From assembly GCF_022539665.2 (NCBI RefSeq), contig NC_081333.1, positions 9,114,001 through 9,178,000 of the forward strand: DNA of 64,000 nucleotides, written 5' to 3'. Below are positions 55,624 to 64,000 of the stretch, piece by piece. The notes under the pieces were generated by a model. That model did not search any database. It worked only from the letters and a program-made list of their open reading frames with translations, and had not been told where the DNA came from. Origin of the DNA: Daphnia carinata (Eukaryota). The first letter of the stretch is position 1, and every line of letters begins with the position of its first letter. Both the position numbers and the translations under genes were made by a program.

Positions 55624-57112
55624 CCTCTTGTAATTCCTGCGCCGATGACAAGACGATCGACTCGAGCGGGGCGGATCGGCTCCCTTACAACTAAAAAAAA
55701 AAACCTTGTGGTTTGATCGATGAGCGACATGACTACAAGATGCCCCTCTCAGCCACCCGGAAGGGGTAGACACAAAAACCATCGTGAGATCAAGAAGAAA
55801 AAAAAAAAAAATTACTTTTTTTTTTTTTTCATTTGAGATTGTAATATCGAAGGAATTCATCCGTAAAAAAAAAAAAAAAAAAAAATCAAAATCAAAAGAT
55901 GGATATACAAGACAAGAAATTGTCTTTATAACGGGGGGAGAGTTGGGATTCGAGAGCCACTAGAAAAAGAACATTTTCCCGCCACGTCGTGCGGGAATAA
56001 CGATATCTAGAAAACGGTCAAAATTCACGTTTCTTTCCTAACACCACAGTCGGTTGTCCCATTATTTATTGTACGAAAGAAGAAGAAGAAAAAAAAAAAA
56101 AGGACAGCAAGAATAAAAATCAGATCAAAAACAAGGCCTTCGTTCTCTCTCATTTTGTGTTGTTTTTTTTTTTTTCATGCGGACTTTGAGGTGTTCACAC
56201 GAGCGTGGGAAGACCTAATAATATACAACAACAGACGATCAACTGTCCCGTTCCCTCCCCCCTCCAGTGGTCTTGACGACAATGAAATCGTCTTTCACGA
56301 AATTAGGCTGCTGTTGATTCTCTCGACGTTTGGCGTGAAGGAAGGAATAACAAAAACATCACCGATAGACTAACAAGAGACAAAACACACACCAAGTATA
56401 AATATAGAGAAAACTTAAAAAAAAAAAACAAGAAGAAACGAAATAAAAAAAAAAAAGAGGGGGGGGCGAGCGGTAGCTTTCAACATCTTCCCAGAATATC
56501 AAATGAGCAAAACAAACCGGCTAAAGTTGGGACCCTGTTTTTATTTTATGTCTTCCGTCGGTTCTTCTTTTTTTTTTTTTTTTTTTTTTTTCAAGCGTCA
56601 ATAGCGAGCGCAAAAGAAAAATAGTCGTCTCGAAAAAGAAAAAAAAAGAAAAAAAGACAAAGTTTTTCTGTTCGTTTGGTCTCTCCGACTTTTTTAATAT
56701 GTACACATGCAGCGTTATCTTTCTCTTTCCTTTTCCCGTATTTTCAACTGTCATTAATTCTTAATCAGCAGCTGCCGAGTGTCGTGTTTACATCAATCTC
56801 GCATGACGTGAAGAAAGAAGACTGGTAGATTAAGGCAACAGCAAAAATCAAAAAGAAACACAAACTTTTCTTTAACGTTGACAAATAGCGCCGTCACCCA
56901 ACCCCCCATTCCCTTCCTCATTCTATTTCTTGAATTCACCCCATCCGCCCCACCCGGCGCAAAATTCAAAAAAAAACAAAAAAAAACAAAAAAAAACAAA
57001 AAACGTCTGTGCGCGTGCAAGGCAAAAACCCTGAATGCAAGATGCCCTGAAAGAGCGCGTATGTGTATAAATAATACTTATTTAAGGGCTAACCAGTTTT
57101 GTACGTGTTAGG

Positions 57113-57150
<38 letters not shown>

Positions 57151-59248
57151 AAACAAAACAAAACAAAAATCAGTTTCAACATGTACGCAGATCCTCCCCT
57201 AGTCGAGAGCAAAACGCGTATGTTTTGATGGCTACAAAGAAAATGTGTAGACATTCCATAGGAGATCCGCTTCGTCTATCGTAGCGCGCACACCCACGCA
57301 ACTAAATGTGTTCCAGATGGAAGCAAGAAACAAGTTCAAAAAGTCCCATCTGTCACAAAACTCCATGCACCGTCTCTCTCTCTCTCTCTATCTCCCTTTG
57401 CCTTAAATATATAAGAAAAAAGAAAGAAAAAGGGAGACCTTTTTCCCGATCAAGTTTGGGAATGTGTCGTCCATTAGTTTCTTTTTTTCCACGACGATGG
57501 ACGTAAAAAAAAAACAAAAAAACAAACGCCACTCAACATTCCTACGGACAATTAACCTCGTTATCTCTGTCTCGATTCCGTTGGAGAATAACGACTTTTC
57601 TTTCGTCTGACGAGAAGAGAAAAAAAAAAAAAAGAGAGGACCCCCCCTTCAGCAAGTCTATATATAATAATCACCGCACTGTGTGTAAGGCACCACTGTC
57701 GTCATAAACCGCTAGTAAATAAACCGCAGCTGATCGTTTCAGACTTTTTTTTTTTTTTTCTTTTTCTCTCAAACAATCGCATATAGGGGATCTACCGTTT
57801 TCCAGCTGAGAAACGAAAAAAAAAAAAAAAAAAATTAAAAGAGAGGAGCGAAAGGGCAATCATTTCTTGTTCGACACGCTTTAACGCAACGCCAAACCTC
57901 CTTGGTGAGCAATAATGATGGCATTACGAACGGTTAGGGGGCACCGCCCATATCCAAACAAATCATGTCGCCATTTATTTTTTGGCTCGAAAAACGAGAA
58001 TATCAAGAGAGAAAGAGAGAAGGAAAGATAAAAAAATATTTTCATTATCATTTTCAAAGGAGAAAAAAAAAAAAATAATTCAACTTCAAATAGAAGACGC
58101 TTTTCTATTTACAGGCTGTAACATTTTTCATCCGTCACTTGATAAGAGATCGCTACTAGGAAGCCGTGCAAGAATAGACGATCCATCATCCGGACGCGCA
58201 GGCACAAAAAATAGTAAAATAAAATAAATACAAAATGTCGAGTCAAATAGAAGGGCAAACGCAAGAATGGCTTTCCAACTCGGTGGCTTTTCTTGTAAGC
58301 AAAAGACGGATCATACAACAAGTGAAATATATTTTTTTTTTCTTTTTCTCCCATATTTGATTCACCAGATATGGATTTATATGGAAAAAAAAAAAAACAA
58401 GAAGTCAAATTAAACGAATTCTTTTGTACAATAGCAGATTAGCTCCTCTTTTTTTTTTGCGGTGTAGGTCCTCCTCGGAGGGATGGGTCGCCATTGTTGC
58501 TTAGTTAAATTTATAGTATACACAACAGTCTCGACCAGCCGGCCAGTTCCCCCCACCCTTTTTTTTTTTTTTTTTTAAGGCCATGAAAGAACGGAAATAT
58601 AAAAACAACAAAAAATGGAAGAGAGATCTGCGTGTCTGGCGACAATACCGCCGGATTGGAAGGGAAAAAAAAAAAAAGAGGCCTGGCTCGCGCGCTAGAC
58701 GCAACACACACACCCCCTACACCCTGGCCTTTCTAGTTGCGTATAGTGCGCGTGATGCGTCACATTTAAATGGGAAAGGGGGAATCCTCTTAACGTGATT
58801 ATAGATGGGCGAGTAAAAAAAAAAAAAAAAAAAAAAAAGAGATATTTATGATTGCGACGGTTTGGTGGTGGGTGACTTGAGTGAAAACGGCAAACCATTT
58901 GACTAGAGGGATAAATGCGGGATCGAAAGAGAAGGGGGGAGAAAGAGGGACGTGCCAGAAACGCAGCTTTCAGCATCTACAAAATCCTAAAAAGCTCTTC
59001 TCATTTTCTAGCCTTTTTTTTTTTCTTTTTTTTTTCCTTGCGCTCGTGTTATCTGGCGCCATCGATCCCACCCATCAGCCCCGACAGATTTATGATGTTT
59101 AAGCCTTTTTCTTTTTTTTTTTTTTTTTTATCCGAGTCCTCTATTGCAAAAGACTGGACGCGTGTTGGAGGCACGAAAGAAAAATCCACACCCCACATTC
59201 TTTTTTAAAGACGCGATAAAAGAATAGATTTTCGTTTTCAAAACTTAC

Positions 59249-59349
59249 CGCCAGAAGTGGGGTGCGTAGCCTGGACAACGGTCGCCGCCGCACTTGACGC
59301 AGCGACGAAGCGGGTCGTCCGGCGGTACATGGGCTGCCTCCGCTGCCAT
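59249..59349 (-). CDS. pk: Alternative upstream prickle exon encoding the first half of a Testin/LMCD1-like Cys/His-rich module
   Basis: Acceptor tttctctcttttcatatccacgcag|ATG; MAAEAAHVPPDDPLRRCVKCGGDRCPGYAPHFW-CG|gtaagt (phase 2). Spliced to exon 36271 it reads [31 protein letters not shown]. Confidence 0.88.
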
Positions 59350-60106
59350 CTGCGTGGATATGAAAAGAGAGAAACTTCATTACCAATTCATATTACATAC
59401 ACACAACATTTTTTCTTTTCTTTCTTTTTTTTTTTCCTATATACATCACTACGAGTAATACGCGACATAACTCATTTCGTTCCTTAATTTCCCGCAACGA
59501 TTTCACGCGTGATTTATGGAGCCCCGAGCGCTGCTGAGAAATTATTTGCCAGCGCAAAATCGTTAAAATAAAAAAAGGAGATTTTCTTACAACAAGAAAG
59601 AAAAAAAAAAGAAATATTTTTGTGAAACGTGTTGGCACATTAATGCACCGTGATGATTATCCGGTTGCGCCCCCATGATGATGACGAGAGAAAAAAAAAA
59701 TAAAAATGAAGACGGCGCGAAAAAAAAAAGGAAAAACATATCGGGACAATATCGTCGTCGATTGACCGTGTAAACCACTCGGTTTCTTTAAGAAAGAAAA
59801 AAAAATTCCCATCAGATACAAAACGACTGGTCTGTCCATGTTATTTTTCGTTAACAATAAAAATAAAAAAAAAGCGTGTGAATATGTCGTGTCCCTCAAA
59901 CAAAACACAACAAGCCAAGCGTGAGAGTCGTTTTCTTTTTCGGTTCGAGCGTTCTTGATCCACTTATTAGGCAAGTCAGACAGGAAAGGAAAGTGCCCCT
60001 CACGACAACGGATACGTGTCTGTGGTCAAGCGGCCGGAACAAATAAGAAATAATAAAATAAAGGAAAAAGCAAAACAGCGAGCCGTCGCAAAAAAAGCTC
60101 AACTCG

Positions 60107-60119
60107 CCGCTAGATGGCA
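60107..60119. promoter_or_regulatory. Candidate CTCF insulator motif CCGCTAGATGGCA
   Basis: Close match to the CTCF core, in the opposite orientation to 48278-48290. Motif only. Confidence 0.5.
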
Positions 60120-61327
60120 CTTTTTTTTAAAAATTGTACCCTATGTTTGAAACGTTCATGAGAAAAAAAAAGAGACAATGTCTCAGGAAAAAAAAAAAAA
60201 AAAGAAATGTCCATGATGTCGACCCCAAAACAAAAACAAAAAACCAAACAAAAAACAAAAGATAAGTTAAAAATAAAAAGGAAAACTAGACATGGCACAA
60301 GACGAAAAAGGATGATGATAATGTCGCAATTTGGCAGACGGTGAATGTCAGATAGACAATAAGTTCTGTTTAGATTAAAGAAAACTATGTCTGTTGTTGG
60401 TGTGTGCGCTCGCCTCGCCTATGTATATATATATATATATATATACATACGTGTGTGAGTGTGTACTATTGGAAGAGTGCCCGAACTCGTTTTCACACAA
60501 ATACACGAAGACAATGGAAAAAGCCAGGGAGTATAAAGAGCTCCGTTTGATTCCATCTCGTAAAGGTAAAAGAAAAGAAAGAAGAAAAAAAAAAAAAGGG
60601 TCATGCCCTAACACGACCAAACTGTAAAAACTGCGGCTGGGCTTGTCAACTAGTATCTAATAAATCCCTGTTGCATACACACACACACACACACAAGCTC
60701 TATTACAATGTACTACTATGCATACATGTGCCTTCCCTTTAAAATAACGAAACTCGTGAGAGATAGAGAAAGAAACTTCCTTTCTTATGGTCCTTCAGCG
60801 TTAACAATCCAAATAACGCATCGGGGAAGGAAATGAATGTTAATTGCATTTGGCATCCAATCAAAAGAGGGCAGCCCCACAGAGTGTACGAATCAGTGAC
60901 GTCTCCAAATGCGATGATTGTGTGAAAGGATATTTAGAAAGCTGTTGTTCGGCCGAAAATAACAAGAGACGCACGGCTAGAAATAGTCTGTGCAAACGCA
61001 GCCAAAATAGAAGTTAAACATCTTTTTAAAAATACAAAAAAAAAAAAAAGCACACCGTCGAAGGCTGTGCGATACGAAACAATAGGAATCAGCGTTCGGG
61101 ACTAGCCATTTTTTTTTTTATTCACTTCACGCGTAATTTTTATGATCTCCACTGCCAAAGATAGCAATCAAAGAAAAATGGTGGGGAAGGATTTAATCAA
61201 AAAAAAAAAAAAAAAAATGAATTAGGCCAATCCCTTGAAGAAAAAAAAAAAAAAAGATTTTCTTCACCATTCAATTAGCCTGTCTCTCTGCCTTATTTTT
61301 GCTACGATTGCAATAATGTTTTCATAC

Positions 61328-61358
<31 letters not shown>

Positions 61359-62119
61359 AAATTGTCCATTAACCCGCTTTTTTACGATTACGACTTTTTA
61401 CCCAAATTTGGAACAGTTTCTTTTTCTAATGCGCACACACACCCAACACACCGTCTATTCTGGATTCAATCTCTGATTAGATGCAAAAAAAATAATAATA
61501 AATAAATAAAAATTTAAGCGCGTCATGCTATTAAAAAAAAAAAAAAATCAGAACATTTCAAATAAAAAATAATAAAGAGAAAACAGTCGTTGGCAAAAAG
61601 TTCTGTTTTTTTCTGTTTGGGTGTTGTTTTCTTTTTTTTTTTGAAAAAAATAATAATTTTTTGACAAATGACCAAGACACGATTATAACCGGGATGACCT
61701 CTTCTCCAATCTGGAACAAGAGGTGGCAAAAGGCGAGTTGTTTGGGAGGTTACGTGGGGTCAAATCGGGGAGTTCAAAACAACAAAAAGAGAAATGAGTG
61801 AAACAACAAAAGAAACAAGCTCGTTGTTGTTGTTGTTGTTCTTCGATGTACACACGAAAAAAAATATATGTATAAAAATAAATTCTATTCCAGCCGAGTC
61901 ACGTGACCGGCGGCCATTTTTAACTCGTGTGCGATTTAAAAATTAAAAAAATCCCCCCCCCCCCCAAAAAAAAAAAAAATTGTGAAGAAAACAAGAGAGA
62001 AAGGGAAAAGAATCTTTTAACTAAAGAAGAAGGAAAATGCTTTTCCACAGACAGCGGCGGCGGCGACATTAATTGCACCGTCACGAATTATTTTACTACT
62101 TTACGATCGTTTTTTTTTT

Positions 62120-62160
<41 letters not shown>

Positions 62161-63251
62161 GCTGGCATTATACGCATCTCTAGCTGTATTCTTTAAAAAA
62201 AAAAAAAAAACATAATACTACAGGGTACGTATATTCTCGTCATCTAAATGAAAGGAATAAAAAATAAATAAATAAATAGCGCTATGCTATTTCAACCCTC
62301 CGGACTTCTTCTTTTTTTTTTTTTTTTTTTTTATCAGTCCATGCTACACATATATACACACACGTATATATATGTATATATCAAGAAAGGTAAAGGCTAT
62401 TTTACGCAATCCGTGGAATGATTTCGAAAAAAAAAAAATGTTATTTTTATCTCTTTTTCTTTTAAAAGATTTGGGACATACCAAAAATTTAACATTTTTT
62501 ATTCTCTCCCTTATCTTTTGTTCTTTTTTCGGGATATCTTTCGTTTCTCGGAACTTTTTTTTTTCCTTTTCAAAAGATTAGAGCAGCACCAAAAAAAAAA
62601 AAAAAAAGGGAAAACGTAAGATGCTCTTTGTTGTCATTTATTTTTCAAAGGCTTGGCGAATTTTGCTAACCGTTTCCATCAATCCATCAAAATGGATGTC
62701 ATCTTACATTAATGGCCGAAGAGGGCGGGTTCGTACGGACTTACAAAAAAAAAAAAACCTTTTCACGACCATAAAGAGGTACTCCTTATTCTTATTGTTG
62801 TTCTATAGATTCAAGTTCCCCTCCTCTTTTTTCTTTAAAATTGAAAAAAAAAAAAAATCCGTATTTCGTAAGACGTTGACATATTGCCTGTTGTGTCACG
62901 AAATAAAGAAATTGAGAAACACACACACACACACACACACACAAATAAAAATTGAAGAAGACGTTCCTTTTTTTTCTTCTTCTTCTCCGTGTGGAGATGA
63001 CAAGTCTCATTACACAAACCGGACCCTATACATCCTAAAAGGTAGCCAACGGTATAACGTTAGTTAGTCACCGTCCTAATACGATGAATAATCTGGCTGT
63101 TCCCATCTCCACTTCGTTCTCCCGTCTCTTTTCTGTTACTTGGATAACGACTGACGAATACTAAAGAGATTATTTCAAGAATTGTCAACAACCCTCCAGT
63201 CATGGCCTTGGTTGCTCCCAATAAGGACATTTTAGTTTATTGATTTTTCTA

Positions 63252-63284
<33 letters not shown>

Positions 63285-64000
63285 ATTTTATTCCCGATGC
63301 ACGAATCAATCAAGTTCAAGAATCGTGTCTGGGCGCCCCCCTTATACCGCCGTACAACCGAAAAAAATACAAAAAGAAAAACCCGTTTGCAGGTATTCTA
63401 AAATGATTAGAATATAAAAGGAGGGGGAGAGAAGAGATTAACAATCCCATGTTGGATTCTTAATTTCAAGTCTAGCAAAAATAAGAGGCGATTTCCTCCT
63501 TTGGATAATGATTGCAAACGTTTCTTTCCTTTAGATTTTAATGCCATTTGGGCAAAACAACAACAAAAAAAAAGAGTCCGGCGCAACAAAAATGGTCTTG
63601 GATGATTAAAAAAAAATTGTCGAATAAAAATTAAAAAAAAAAACACAAAAAAAAAAACGAAAAGACCTATGCCAACCCCAAAACAAAAATCGTTGGATCC
63701 AGTCATTTCAGAGAAGGAACGATAATTTTCTTAAAAGAAGAACTCCTCCCTTTTACCAATCGGTTCCGAAAAAAATAAGAAACCTCCCACGGCCCCATCT
63801 CAGGTGCGGTCGGGATTGACCCCGGTGAACCTCGCCGGATGGAACCTCATTAAACGCCATCTATTGGCAAAAAAAACATAGCTCCAAAATTGCCAACCAT
63901 CAAAGAAAAAAGTAGAAGGAAAAAAATAAATAAATAAACGCTCCGGGGGCAACTGACTTCGTCCTCGCTTGAACGCACAACTATATAACCCCGAGGCTGA

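Noticed and set aside
27300..63706. Numerous 60-260 aa ORFs rich in K, F, R/E or C/V (e.g. 51903..52694)
   Set aside because: They are translations of poly(A/T) and dinucleotide microsatellites in prickle introns, with no domain signal.
63780..63850. GC-rich patch with small hairpins near the right edge, possibly a prickle 5' exon or ncRNA
   Set aside because: Only a very short ORF, a weak donor and no recognisable RNA family; evidence is insufficient.

Overview
Eukaryotic, intron-containing arthropod DNA. The 60-100 bp introns in housekeeping genes, the homopolymer-rich large introns and the protein sequences suggest a branchiopod crustacean such as Daphnia (inferred, not proven). There are three zones. 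(1) 1-11.3 kb is a mosaic of minus-strand gene debris: two copies of an unidentified spliced gene with a hairpin-dense downstream module, a vasa-like DEAD-box pseudogene fused out of frame to the 3' third of a DNA polymerase delta (POLD1) pseudogene, a small palindromic MITE-like element with a CTCF-like core, and an inverted, internally deleted third copy of the duplicated unit. (2) 11.6-22.3 kb holds compact genes: VPS53 (+), a ~1.9 kb tandem array of foldback units, MOGS/glucosidase I (+) and an unknown tail-anchored membrane protein (-). (3) 22.7-64 kb is a large minus-strand prickle (PET + 3 LIM, C-terminal CIIS) locus. It has two alternative upstream coding exons: a spiny-legs (sple)-like exon at 42.1-42.6 kb, and a 101-nt exon at 59.2-59.3 kb, not represented in the ORF track in its coding frame, that completes a Testin/LMCD1-type Cys/His-rich module. 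No rRNA, tRNA or CRISPR features were seen. Exon boundaries were read by eye; family assignments rest on recalled motifs, not database searches.
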